Below, one piece after another: positions 28,066 through 37,073 of a stretch of 64,000 nucleotides of DNA. The notes under the pieces are model-generated. The model was not told the DNA's origin, searched no databases, and saw only the letters and a program-made list of their open reading frames with translations. The number at the start of each line of letters is the position of its first letter. Within the stretch, counting starts at the first letter, position 1. Source of the DNA: an uncultured Oscillospiraceae bacterium (GTDB lineage Bacteria; Bacillota; Clostridia; Oscillospirales; Oscillospiraceae); the NCBI GenBank assembly GCA_934630495.1, contig CAKTVW010000007.1:1828-65827 (forward strand), given 5' to 3'. Both the position numbers and the translations under genes were made by a program.

Positions 28066-28572
28066 ATGTATCAGATCGACGAATTGGTCTCCTACGGCAC
28101 GGAAGGCGTATGCCGGGTCGCGGAGCTGTGTGAAATGAAGATCAGCGGCCGACGCGGACAGTACTATGTTCTCAAGCCGATATTCCGCGAGAGCGCGACC
28201 GTTTATGTTCCGCTTGACAATCCGTGCCTGCTGGCGCGGATGCGGAGACTTCATTCGATCGCCGAGATCGACACGATCCTGCAGGATGCCGCCGAGCTGC
28301 CCCTCCGATGGATCGACGATGCCAACGAGCGCCGTCAGGAATACGGCAGGCTGCTGACCGCAAACGACAGCGCTCAGATCGTGCGTCTGATCCGTCTGCT
28401 GTATCTGCGCAGGCAGGAGCTGGAAGCAGCCGGAAAGCATCTGCGCTCAAACGACGAGCAGCTCCTGCACGAAGCGGAAAAGCTCATCCATGACGAGCTG
28501 TCCGTCGTTCTGCAAATTCCCCGTCAGGACGTACCGGCGTACATCCGCAGCCGCGTTGAGGCAACGGCTTGA
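28066..28572 (+). CDS. CarD/CdnL-family RNA-polymerase-binding regulator
   Basis: Trimmed to MYQIDELVSYGTEGVCRVAEL...YYVLKPIFRESATVYVPLDN (CarD_CdnL_TRCF N-domain). Confidence 0.75.
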   Translation: MYQIDELVSYGTEGVCRVAELCEMKISGRRGQYYVLKPIFRESATVYVPLDNPCLLARMRRLHSIAEIDTILQDAAELPLRWIDDANERRQEYGRLLTANDSAQIVRLIRLLYLRRQELEAAGKHLRSNDEQLLHEAEKLIHDELSVVLQIPRQDVPAYIRSRVEATA

Positions 28573-28689
28573 CCGAACGCCTTTCTTCATAGGCCCGCGT
28601 TGCATAAACGGAAGCTCCCCGATCTTTGGTGGATCGAGGAGCTTTTTGGTTCGGCAGAACGCCGTGATTCTCTGTATTATACTGATCTT

Positions 28690-28840
28690 ATACTAGAATC
28701 TGTTAAAAAGCTTGAAAAGCTTTTTATAGCGCCAAGGGCGCGTCAGATTCTGCATGAGACGGCGCAGCGTGCTTTCGCACGATGCGAGTGTGCGTAGCAC
28801 ACGGGATTCTTGATTAAATCTTTTAATCAAGAATCAGTAT
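28690..28840 (-). repeat. 151-bp structured dispersed repeat, copy A (inverted relative to B and C)
   Basis: The reverse complement is 151/151 identical to 40233-40383 and 46349-46499. Intergenic, between the convergent carD-like and argF genes. Confidence 0.95.
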
Positions 28841-28850
28841 TAATTTCGTA

Positions 28851-29834
28851 TCACAATGTGGCGGCAAGGACGGCCTTGATGGTGTGCATCCGATTTTCCG
28901 CTTCGTCAAAGACAATGGACTGCTTGCTTTCAAAGACCTCGTCCGTGACCTCCAGCGCGTCAAGCTTGAACTTTTCGCCGATCTGACGGCCGATGCCGGT
29001 ATTGAGATCATGGAAAGCGGGCAGGCAGTGCATAAATACGGCATGTTCTCCCGCGTTGCGCATCAGCTTTGCGGTGACCTGATAGGGCAGCATCTTGTTG
29101 ATGCGCTCCTCCCACGCCTCCATCGGTTCGCCCATGGAGACCCACACGTCGGTGTAGATCACGTCGGCGCCCTCGGTGGCCTTCATCGGATCTGTCTCAA
29201 AGGCCAGCGTCGCGCCTGTCTGCGCGGCGATTTCCTCGCAGCGGGCGATCAGCTCGGCGTTGGGGAAATAGCCCTCGGGGCCGCAGGCGACAAAGTGCAG
29301 GCCGAGCTTTGCGCAGCCGATCATCAGGGAATTTGCCATGTTATAGCGGCAGTCGCCCATGAACACGAGCTTTCTGCCCCTGAGAGAGCCGAAATGCTCG
29401 CGGATCGTCAGCATATCCGCAAGGATCTGCGTGGGATGATATTCGTTGGTCAGGCCGTTCCAGACGGGAACACCCGCATATTTGGCCAGCTCCTCGACGA
29501 TGCTCTGACCGAAGCCGCGATACTCGATGCCGTCATAGAGACGCCCGAGGACCCGCGCGGTATCGGCGATGGATTCCTTCTTGCCGATCTGAGAGCCGGT
29601 CGGGTCGAGATAAGTGACGTGCATTCCGAGGTCATAGGCCGCCACCTCGAACGAGCAGCGGGTGCGGGTGGAGGTCTTTTCAAAAATCAGTGCGATGCTC
29701 TTGCCCTTGTAGTCGTCATGCGCGATACCGGCCTTTTTCTTCGCCTTCAGTTCGGCGGCGAGATCCAGCAGACCGGTGATCTCCTCGGGCGTGAAGTCCA
29801 GCAGCGTTAAAAAGTTTTTGCCTTTCAGATTCAT
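28851..29834 (-). CDS. argF: Ornithine carbamoyltransferase
   Basis: Trimmed to [18 protein letters not shown]. Carbamoyl-phosphate motif STRTR and HCLPAFH. Adjacent to argD. Confidence 0.88.
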   Translation of the reverse strand: MNLKGKNFLTLLDFTPEEITGLLDLAAELKAKKKAGIAHDDYKGKSIALIFEKTSTRTRCSFEVAAYDLGMHVTYLDPTGSQIGKKESIADTARVLGRLYDGIEYRGFGQSIVEELAKYAGVPVWNGLTNEYHPTQILADMLTIREHFGSLRGRKLVFMGDCRYNMANSLMIGCAKLGLHFVACGPEGYFPNAELIARCEEIAAQTGATLAFETDPMKATEGADVIYTDVWVSMGEPMEAWEERINKMLPYQVTAKLMRNAGEHAVFMHCLPAFHDLNTGIGRQIGEKFKLDALEVTDEVFESKQSIVFDEAENRMHTIKAVLAATL

Positions 29835-29847
29835 ATTGCTTTCTCCT

Positions 29848-31011
29848 TTATTCTGCCGCACAGTCCTTCAGAAGCTGCACAGCGGTTTTTAATTGCTCAA
29901 TGGGGATATTCAGCGCGGGCAGCAGACGCACCCGATCCTTTGCGGTCGTGACCAGAACGCCCTTTGCAAGCGCGGCCTCCGCAAATGCGCGGGCGGGTCT
30001 TTCCGTCAGCAGGCCGATCATCAGGCCCATTCCCGTAACGGCCCGAATGCCCGGCGCGCCGCTCAGCTCACGAAAAACGTATTCCGACCGCTCCCGAACG
30101 CCGCGCAGCAGCGCTTCGTCAAGCCTGCGCAGAATGCTGACGCCGCCTGCACAGGCGACGGGATTTCCGCCGAAGGTCGAGCCGTGGTCGCCGGGATGAA
30201 AAACGTCCGCGACCTTCTCGGAAAACAGCGTCGCGCCCAGCGGAAGGCCGCCGCCGATGCCCTTTGCCGTGGTGACGAGATCAGGGTGCAGGCCGTATGC
30301 CTCGTAGCCGTAGAGATACCCGCTGCGCCCGTTGCCGAGCTGTACCTCGTCGCAGATCAGGAGGAGGTCGTTCTTCTGCGCGACCTCGCGCAGCGTATCG
30401 GCAAACTCCTGTCCGATGGGCATAACGCCGCCCTCGCCCCGTACGCATTCAAACATCAGCGCGGCACAGGGGTACTCCCGCACCAGCCGCTCCAAGCCGG
30501 CGCGGTCGCCGACCTCGACATGGAGAAAGCCCGGAAGGAGCGGGCGGTAATCCTTATGGAAGCAATCCTGCCCCGTCGCGGAAAGGGTTGCGATCGTCCG
30601 TCCGTGAAAGCTGTTTTTCAGCGTAATGATATGGTAGAATTGCTCACCCTTGTTCTCTGCCGCCCATTTCCGCGCCGCCTTGACGGCGCACTCGTTGGCC
30701 TCCGCGCCGGAATTGGAGAAGAAGACCTTCGCCATGCCCGTGCGCTCGCACAAAAGACGCGCCAGCTCCGCGACCGGCGCCGCATAATACAGGTTTGAGC
30801 AGTGGGCAAAGCGGTCAAGCTGCGCGGTCACGGCCTCTATCCACGGCTCATCGTGCAGGCCGAAAAGATTCACGGCGATACCGCCGCCGAGATCGATATA
30901 TTCCCGTCCGTCCGCACCGAGTACGATCGAGCCGCTGCCGCCGACGACCTCAAGCGGGAAGCGGTTATAGGTATGCGCAACATATTGCGCATCTGTATGC
31001 ATTACATCCAT
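29848..31011 (-). CDS. argD: Acetylornithine aminotransferase (class III PLP)
   Basis: Trimmed to [34 protein letters not shown], and the TTAKGIGGG Lys context. Confidence 0.85.
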   Translation of the reverse strand: MDVMHTDAQYVAHTYNRFPLEVVGGSGSIVLGADGREYIDLGGGIAVNLFGLHDEPWIEAVTAQLDRFAHCSNLYYAAPVAELARLLCERTGMAKVFFSNSGAEANECAVKAARKWAAENKGEQFYHIITLKNSFHGRTIATLSATGQDCFHKDYRPLLPGFLHVEVGDRAGLERLVREYPCAALMFECVRGEGGVMPIGQEFADTLREVAQKNDLLLICDEVQLGNGRSGYLYGYEAYGLHPDLVTTAKGIGGGLPLGATLFSEKVADVFHPGDHGSTFGGNPVACAGGVSILRRLDEALLRGVRERSEYVFRELSGAPGIRAVTGMGLMIGLLTERPARAFAEAALAKGVLVTTAKDRVRLLPALNIPIEQLKTAVQLLKDCAAE

Positions 31012-31217
31012 GTACGACGCCTCCGGATCAAAAAGCGGTTTTAATGGTTTCGCGCGATTCGGCGATCGCATTCAACGCAGGATCGCGTGTTGTTTATTAT
31101 ATCGCATCCGTCCCGTCGCGGTCAAGTCCCCTGCACAGGCAAAATTTTTTTGCGATGCCCCTGTAATTTGCGGCACGGCTGTGTTATAATGGTAGATAAT
31201 GAACGGAGGTCGTTCGC

Positions 31218-32108
31218 ATGAAAAAGCTATTTCACCCGCAGTGGTTTGCCGTCATCGTTACCTTGGCTCTTTCCGTCGCGGGGTTTTTTATACGCAGAAG
31301 TCAGCTTCTCTATGAAATTCAGCCGGACGGGAGCCTCGCGGCAGGCAGTCGGCTGCATATCGTGCTTCTGATCCTGTCGGTGATGCTGGTCGCCGTGCTG
31401 ATCGCGCTGCTGCTTCCGCTTCGGAAGTATACCTCCTGCTCGCGCTTCTTTACCGCCGCGTTCCTGCCGAATGCTTTGCAGCTTCTCAGCGCCATTGCGC
31501 TGGTCGCGGGCAATCTGCTTCTCTGGCTTCGCGGGGCGGACCCCCAGCCTGCCTATGCCGCGCAGACTCTCGCCGTCACGCAGGTACTCACAACGCTGCT
31601 GCCCCCGCTGGGTATGCTGTCGGCCGTATGCATCGGACTGTTTGCCGTCCTGCGCATTCTGGACCGCAAGCCCTCCGCGCTGCTGTATATGGCGGCGAGC
31701 ATTTATCTGGTCGTGCGGCTGATCGTGTGCTTTCAGGCATGGAACACCGACCCCTCCATCCACGACTACTGTCTCCAGCTCCTTGCGGCGATCTGCACAA
31801 TGCTGGCGATGTTCCAGCTTGCCGGCTTCTGCTTCGATCGCGGGAAGCGCCGTATCACGCTGTTCTGGTCGCTGCTGGCCGTTGTTTTTTGTAGCATGAC
31901 CGCCGCCGACATGCTGGTGCAGGGACGGGCGGACCAGAGCCTGATTAACGCCGCGCTGCTGCTGTCCATGGCCGTCAGCGCCTTCCAGCTTCTTTTTCCG
32001 CGCGGGAAGGAATCCGTTCCCGACGATGCGCAGGACACCGCCGTTTCCGACGACGCGCAGGATACCGCCGTGCCGGACGAGAACGCATCCGGCATTAACG
32101 CCGAATAA
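31218..32108 (+). CDS. Polytopic membrane protein (hypothetical) with a repeated acidic C-terminal tail
   Basis: 296 aa following GGAGG. About seven hydrophobic segments. The C-terminus contains a tandem DDAQDTAV repeat. Confidence 0.6.
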   Translation: MKKLFHPQWFAVIVTLALSVAGFFIRRSQLLYEIQPDGSLAAGSRLHIVLLILSVMLVAVLIALLLPLRKYTSCSRFFTAAFLPNALQLLSAIALVAGNLLLWLRGADPQPAYAAQTLAVTQVLTTLLPPLGMLSAVCIGLFAVLRILDRKPSALLYMAASIYLVVRLIVCFQAWNTDPSIHDYCLQLLAAICTMLAMFQLAGFCFDRGKRRITLFWSLLAVVFCSMTAADMLVQGRADQSLINAALLLSMAVSAFQLLFPRGKESVPDDAQDTAVSDDAQDTAVPDENASGINAE

Positions 32109-32156
32109 ACCAAGTAAAAGCTGCCTGTTCAACCGTCGAACAGGCAGCTCTTTTGT

Positions 32157-33335
32157 TTATCCCACGTCCGTGATCTGCAGCGACTTGGCGTACTCGGAGG
32201 GCGACATCCCGAAGTTATCCTTAAACTGCCGGGAGAAATGATGGATGGTAGAATATTGCAGCGCGGCGGCAATCTGAGAAAAGTTCATTTTGCCCTCGCG
32301 GATCAAATTCTTGCTCTCCTCCAGCTTGACACGGCGGATATATTCGCCGGGCGATATCTTCATCTGTCGGCGGAACAGCGCCGTAAGATGCGATGCGCTC
32401 ACACCCGCCTCATGCGATACGATCTCCACGGAAAGCTTGTCATAGACATGATCCGCAATATATTGCAGCGTTCGGCTGACGATCAGGTTTTCGTTGTGGA
32501 TTGCCAACGGCGTTTTCAGCCGTTTTTTGCGTCCGCCCGCGTCGCGCAGAATGGAGAGAAGCAGCAATTTAAGGTTGCTTCGGATAAAATCCCCGCTGAG
32601 CAGATCGTTCGTATCCGTCTCGCGGATGATCTGCTTGAGATAGATTGCCTCCTCCGAGGACATCTCAAATACGCGGTCGGCAAGCCGCAGCTCCATCTCT
32701 GCGGTCAGGTCGAAAGCAACGGTAAGGAAGCGGACGGAATTGTCCATGTCCGTGTGCTGCATGTGCCACTGGTCAGGCCCGAAGATCATCAGCTGTCCCT
32801 GCCGAAGCGAAAAGCTGTTGCCGTCGACCACACAGTAGAGCTGCCCACGGTCGACATAGGTCAGCTCATACATCGGATGCCGCTCCCCCTTGAAGAGAAA
32901 CCCGCTTTCCTCCTCGCGGTAAAAGAGCGTGTAGATCTCCCCGAGATGCAGACGGTCGCCGATCTTCAGGTTCTCCAACGCGTTGAGCGCCTCGCAGTGC
33001 GTCTCCTCGGCATCCTTCGGCACACTGATGCGGAAGGAGCACTCGTTCTGATAGGGGATCACGGCAAAATCCGTCCCGGCGGACAGGCAGACCGGCTTGT
33101 CCAGATAAAAGCAGTCGGAGCGTCCGTCGCGCCGAACGGCGAGCACCGTCATGCCGAGGTCGAAGTCCAAATAGATATCCTTATCATAACGGCGATAATA
33201 GGCCTGATCGTCCGAGGAGCGATAGGACACCGCTTCGATCCAATCGTCGTTCTGCGGGAAGCCACGGTTTGGCAGACTGTCGCGCAGTATCTTCCCAAAC
33301 GGTGCAAAGCCCTGACGATTCAGGTTTTCGATCAT
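32157..33335 (-). CDS. AraC-family transcriptional regulator
   Basis: 392 aa. C-terminal HTH_18 region (SHLTALFRRQMKISPGEYIRRVKLEESKNLI...HHFSRQFKDNFGMSPSEY). Confidence 0.8.
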   Translation of the reverse strand: MIENLNRQGFAPFGKILRDSLPNRGFPQNDDWIEAVSYRSSDDQAYYRRYDKDIYLDFDLGMTVLAVRRDGRSDCFYLDKPVCLSAGTDFAVIPYQNECSFRISVPKDAEETHCEALNALENLKIGDRLHLGEIYTLFYREEESGFLFKGERHPMYELTYVDRGQLYCVVDGNSFSLRQGQLMIFGPDQWHMQHTDMDNSVRFLTVAFDLTAEMELRLADRVFEMSSEEAIYLKQIIRETDTNDLLSGDFIRSNLKLLLLSILRDAGGRKKRLKTPLAIHNENLIVSRTLQYIADHVYDKLSVEIVSHEAGVSASHLTALFRRQMKISPGEYIRRVKLEESKNLIREGKMNFSQIAAALQYSTIHHFSRQFKDNFGMSPSEYAKSLQITDVG

Positions 33336-33400
33336 AATGTACTCCTTTCCGAAAGCCCCGGAAAAGGCCGTTCATGGCTCGGCCGTCTTTTCTGAGGCGG

Positions 33401-34306
33401 TCATTCAAACAGGACGTCCGGATAGCGGCCCGCCTCGTGCAGTCCCGCGACCGCAGCCTGTACCGTTGGCAGGTCCTCGCGGTAGGTCACACCGTACCAC
33501 GTCTCGTCGGTATGCAGCATACGGACCGTCCCGAGGCCCTCGTGAATCTGCGCATTTGCGACGGAGGGCAGGAAAAACTCGCATTTCAGCGGGTTGGTCT
33601 TCAGATTTTCTTCCAAAAAGCGCGGGAAGCGCGTTTCCAGCTCCCTTAGAATTTCCGCGCCGAAGCCCCAGAAATTCATAGAGACCACGGTGTTGTCCGC
33701 AAGCGGCGTCCATGTCTGTCCGTCCTCGGTATAGGCAATGCCGTCCGCGCGCTTTTCGATGTGCGTGCGCTCCGTCACGCCGGTGAGATAGCCGTTTTCC
33801 GTCTCGCAGACGCCGCGGGCAACATAGCCCTTATCGGTCATGGCGTTGCACAGGCGGAAGCCGACCATTGCAGACTCGTTCTCCCCATGCGGCATGTTCA
33901 GAAAATCCGCCAGAACGCGGAACGAATCCGCGCCGTAGAAATCATCGCCGTTGATAACGGCAAACGGGCCGTCGATCTCGTCCTTTGCGCACAGGACGGC
34001 GTGACCGGTCCCCCACGGCTTTGTACGCCCCTCCGGCACGGAAAATCCGGAAGGCAGCTTGTCAAGCTCCTGATAGACGTAGGCGACCTCGGCATGGCGC
34101 GCGACGCCCGCCATAAAGCTGCGGAAATCGGCATCGATGGAATGCTTGATGATAAACACGATCTTGCCGAAGCCTGCGCGGAGCGCGTCATAGATCGAAT
34201 AGTGGATAATGCTGTTTCCCTGCGTGTCGACCGGGGTCATCTGCTTCAGGCCGCCGAAGCGGCTGCCCATCCCGGCCGCAAGCACGACCAGCGTCGGTTT
34301 TTTCAT
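33401..34306 (-). CDS. Sugar-phosphate nucleotidyltransferase family protein
   Basis: Trimmed to MKKPTLVVLAAGMGSRFGGLKQ, the NTP_transferase G-rich loop. Confidence 0.7.
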   Translation of the reverse strand: MKKPTLVVLAAGMGSRFGGLKQMTPVDTQGNSIIHYSIYDALRAGFGKIVFIIKHSIDADFRSFMAGVARHAEVAYVYQELDKLPSGFSVPEGRTKPWGTGHAVLCAKDEIDGPFAVINGDDFYGADSFRVLADFLNMPHGENESAMVGFRLCNAMTDKGYVARGVCETENGYLTGVTERTHIEKRADGIAYTEDGQTWTPLADNTVVSMNFWGFGAEILRELETRFPRFLEENLKTNPLKCEFFLPSVANAQIHEGLGTVRMLHTDETWYGVTYREDLPTVQAAVAGLHEAGRYPDVLFE

Positions 34307-34602
34307 TCGGACACTTCCTTTTTCCTTACACGAGCGCCGCACGGCAGTAGATTTCTGTTTGGGCCGTGTGCTCTCAAAATTTCCAGTATATTATATCAGA
34401 TTGCAGCAAATTAGGCAAGTTTTTTCTGTCCGTGCGGCCTTTTGGGCAGAAAAACATTGACACCGTCTTAAAAAATGGGTACGATAATAAGGAAAGCTGC
34501 CGCATTTGCACGCCGCACTGCCCGCGTACTTCGAGCGCAGGCGGCTGTCTGCGGTCTTTCGTGCCGATTGCTCGGTATCAAAATGTAATTTGGGAGGCTG
34601 CT

Positions 34603-36219
34603 ATGGAACAGATCTTTGTCATGGGGCATCGCAATCCGGATACGGATTCCATCGTTTCCGCCATGGCCTATGCCGCGCTTCGCAATGCGCTCGGAGATCG
34701 CGAATATCAGGCCGCGCGCCTCGGGCATGTCAGCGACGAAACACAGCTCGTGCTCGATCGCTTCGGCTTCCGTGCGCCGCCTTGGATCAAGACCGTGCGC
34801 ACGCAGGTGCGCGATCTCGACTATGATACGCCGCCCGCGCTTTCCTCGGCCGTAACGGTCAGCCGCGCATGGGCGACCCTGACGGCCGACCGCTCCGTTG
34901 CGGCACTTCCCATCACGAATGAGGACGGAACGCTTTACGGTATGCTCTCCTCCGGTGACATCGCGGCAAGCGACATGCGCTCGATCGAGCATCCGCATGT
35001 CGACGAGGTCCCGGTCTTCAACCTCCTGAGCGTGCTTGAGGGCAGAATTTTGAACGAAGCGGGCAATCTGGTCGATTCCATCTCCGGCGACGTCTCCATT
35101 GCGCTGCCGCAGAGCTGTGAGAATCTGCTGTTTTCCGACAAAAACAGCATTGTCGTCTGCGGGCAGCAGCCGGATATGATCCGCCGCGCGCTGGAGCTTG
35201 GCGTCCGCTGCGTGATCGTCTGTCAGGCGGAGCTTTCCGACGAGCTTCGCAATTACCCCACGGACACCTGCATTATTTCTACGCCCTTCGACGCCTATCG
35301 CACAGTGCGTCTGATCTACCAGTCCATTCCCGTCGCCCGCATCTGCCGCACGGAAGACCTCATCTGCTTCCATCTGGACGACTTTGTCGATGACGTGCGC
35401 GAAGCAATGCTGAAAAGCCGCTATCGCTGCTACCCGATCTTGGACGAAAACGAGCGCGTCGTCGGTACGCTTTCGCGTTATCATTTGATCCGCCCGCGCA
35501 GAAAGCGCGTCGTTTTAGTCGACCACAACGAGACGGCACAGTCCGTTCCCGGTCTGGAACAGGCGGAAATTCTGGAGATCATCGACCATCATCGACTTGC
35601 GGATATCCAGACCGGCAATCCGATCTATTTCCGCAACGAGCCTGTCGGCAGCACGACCACCATCATTGCCGGCATGTATCAGGAAAAGGGGCTGATGCCG
35701 TCGGAAAAGCTCGCCGGTATGATGGCGGCAGCGATCGTCTCCGACACCGTTATGTTCAAATCGCCCACCTGTACGCAGCGCGACCGCAACATGGCCGAGC
35801 GCATGGCCCGTATCGCCAATGTGTCGCTCGAGGAGCTTGGGCAGAAGATCTTCTCCGCCTCGTGGTCCGACGACAAGTCCGCGCACGAGCTGCTGTTTAC
35901 CGATTTCAAGGACTTCCACATCGCCGGTCACGATCTTGGCGTCGGTCAGATCACCTGTGTCAATTCCGCGCATATCCTTGAACGCAAGGACGAATTTCTC
36001 CGGGAAATGGAGCACACGATGGAGGAAAAGCATTACAGCCTGATGCTGCTGATGCTGACGGACGTCCTGCTGGAAGGCACACAGCTCATCTATCTCGGCG
36101 ACGAGGAAACCATCCGTCAGGCATTTTCGCCCGATGCAAAAAACAACACCGTTTTCCTGCCGCGCGTCATGTCTCGTAAAAAGCAGATCATCCCCGCACT
36201 CTCCGCAATGTGGGGCTAA
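34603..36219 (+). CDS. CBS-domain family II (DHH) inorganic pyrophosphatase
   Basis: The ATG at 34603 follows GGGAGG. GHRNPDTDS, DHN and DHHRLAD DHH motifs, with an internal CBS/DRTGG-like insert. 538 aa. Confidence 0.8.
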   Translation: MEQIFVMGHRNPDTDSIVSAMAYAALRNALGDREYQAARLGHVSDETQLVLDRFGFRAPPWIKTVRTQVRDLDYDTPPALSSAVTVSRAWATLTADRSVAALPITNEDGTLYGMLSSGDIAASDMRSIEHPHVDEVPVFNLLSVLEGRILNEAGNLVDSISGDVSIALPQSCENLLFSDKNSIVVCGQQPDMIRRALELGVRCVIVCQAELSDELRNYPTDTCIISTPFDAYRTVRLIYQSIPVARICRTEDLICFHLDDFVDDVREAMLKSRYRCYPILDENERVVGTLSRYHLIRPRRKRVVLVDHNETAQSVPGLEQAEILEIIDHHRLADIQTGNPIYFRNEPVGSTTTIIAGMYQEKGLMPSEKLAGMMAAAIVSDTVMFKSPTCTQRDRNMAERMARIANVSLEELGQKIFSASWSDDKSAHELLFTDFKDFHIAGHDLGVGQITCVNSAHILERKDEFLREMEHTMEEKHYSLMLLMLTDVLLEGTQLIYLGDEETIRQAFSPDAKNNTVFLPRVMSRKKQIIPALSAMWG

Positions 36220-36225
36220 AACGCA

Positions 36226-36255
36226 AAGCGCCGTCCTCAAGCGAGGACGGCGCTT
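36226..36255. repeat. 30-bp terminator hairpin, left copy of a flanking direct duplication
   Basis: AAGCGCCGTCCTCAAGCGAGGACGGCGCTT, identical to 36507-36536. Confidence 0.9.
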
Positions 36256-36506
36256 CAGCGTGTCGAAAAACCCTTTTCGACACGCTGGCAGGCTGCAAAA
36301 AAGTTCGGAAGACAAGCAACTCACGCCTGTCGGCGTACTAAAGTACGGCAGGGCGTGAGTTGCGCAGTAAGTCAAAATCCTTGCGAAACAAGCAGATTTC
36401 GCATTATATAGTTCGGAATATTCCATTTTTGTAAATCAAAACGCTTAAGCAAAATTCATTAAATAGTTAACTGATTTTGACGATTCCGGACTTTTTTGAC
36501 AGTCTG
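36256..36506. mobile_element. MITE-like non-coding element, copy 1 (TIR-delimited core 36289-36506)
   Basis: Imperfect terminal inverted repeats CAGGCTGCAAAAAAGTTCGGAA / (rc) CAGACTGTCAAAAAAGTCCGGAA. Long internal hairpin GCAACTCACGCC...GGCGTGAGTTGC. Homologous to 57515-57758. Confidence 0.7.
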
Positions 36507-36536
36507 AAGCGCCGTCCTCAAGCGAGGACGGCGCTT
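36507..36536. repeat. 30-bp terminator hairpin, right copy (followed by a T-run)
   Basis: Identical to 36226-36255 and followed by ATTTTTCTC. Confidence 0.9.
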
Positions 36537-36544
36537 ATTTTTCT

Positions 36545-37069
36545 CTATTGAACGGGGGTCTGCAAAATCTGCCAGACCTTCTGCACGTCCGCGATATTGC
36601 GCAGGCCGACCGCGTCGGCGGCCCTCACGACACGCCCGTTGGAGGCATACTGCTCCCGCTGACCGAACCAGATCGTTCCCCTGCCGTTCTTGCGCAGCTC
36701 CAGACGCGGCGCGGGCAGCGTAGCGCGGCTCAGTGCTTCAACGCCTCGATTGGTACAGATCAAGATTTGCCGGCTCGTGATCGCATATTCCGTATTGTGC
36801 AGGCGGATCGCCGAGATGAGGAAGCGCCCGATCGTTATGTAAAACGCCGCCAACAGAAATGCGCCGCAAAACAGTATGTCCATCGGACGAGGGTTGCCCG
36901 CAATTGTCCCCGCGAACGAAAAAACTGCGAAGCCCGCCCATACAATACTGAACGGGATCACAAAAAAATCACTGCGGTTCAGTAATCCGCCCTTGACCGC
37001 CGGTTTCCCGTGCCAGAGAATGTACTCGCCCGGGGCAAGCATCGCCCGTGCCCATCCCAATTCTTCCAT
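36545..37069 (-). CDS. bPH_2/YdbS-like PH-domain membrane protein
   Basis: Trimmed to MEELGWARAMLAPGEYILWHGKP. Two TM segments followed by a YAITSRQILI PH-like domain. Confidence 0.5.
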   Translation of the reverse strand: MEELGWARAMLAPGEYILWHGKPAVKGGLLNRSDFFVIPFSIVWAGFAVFSFAGTIAGNPRPMDILFCGAFLLAAFYITIGRFLISAIRLHNTEYAITSRQILICTNRGVEALSRATLPAPRLELRKNGRGTIWFGQREQYASNGRVVRAADAVGLRNIADVQKVWQILQTPVQ

Positions 37070-37073
37070 TGCG

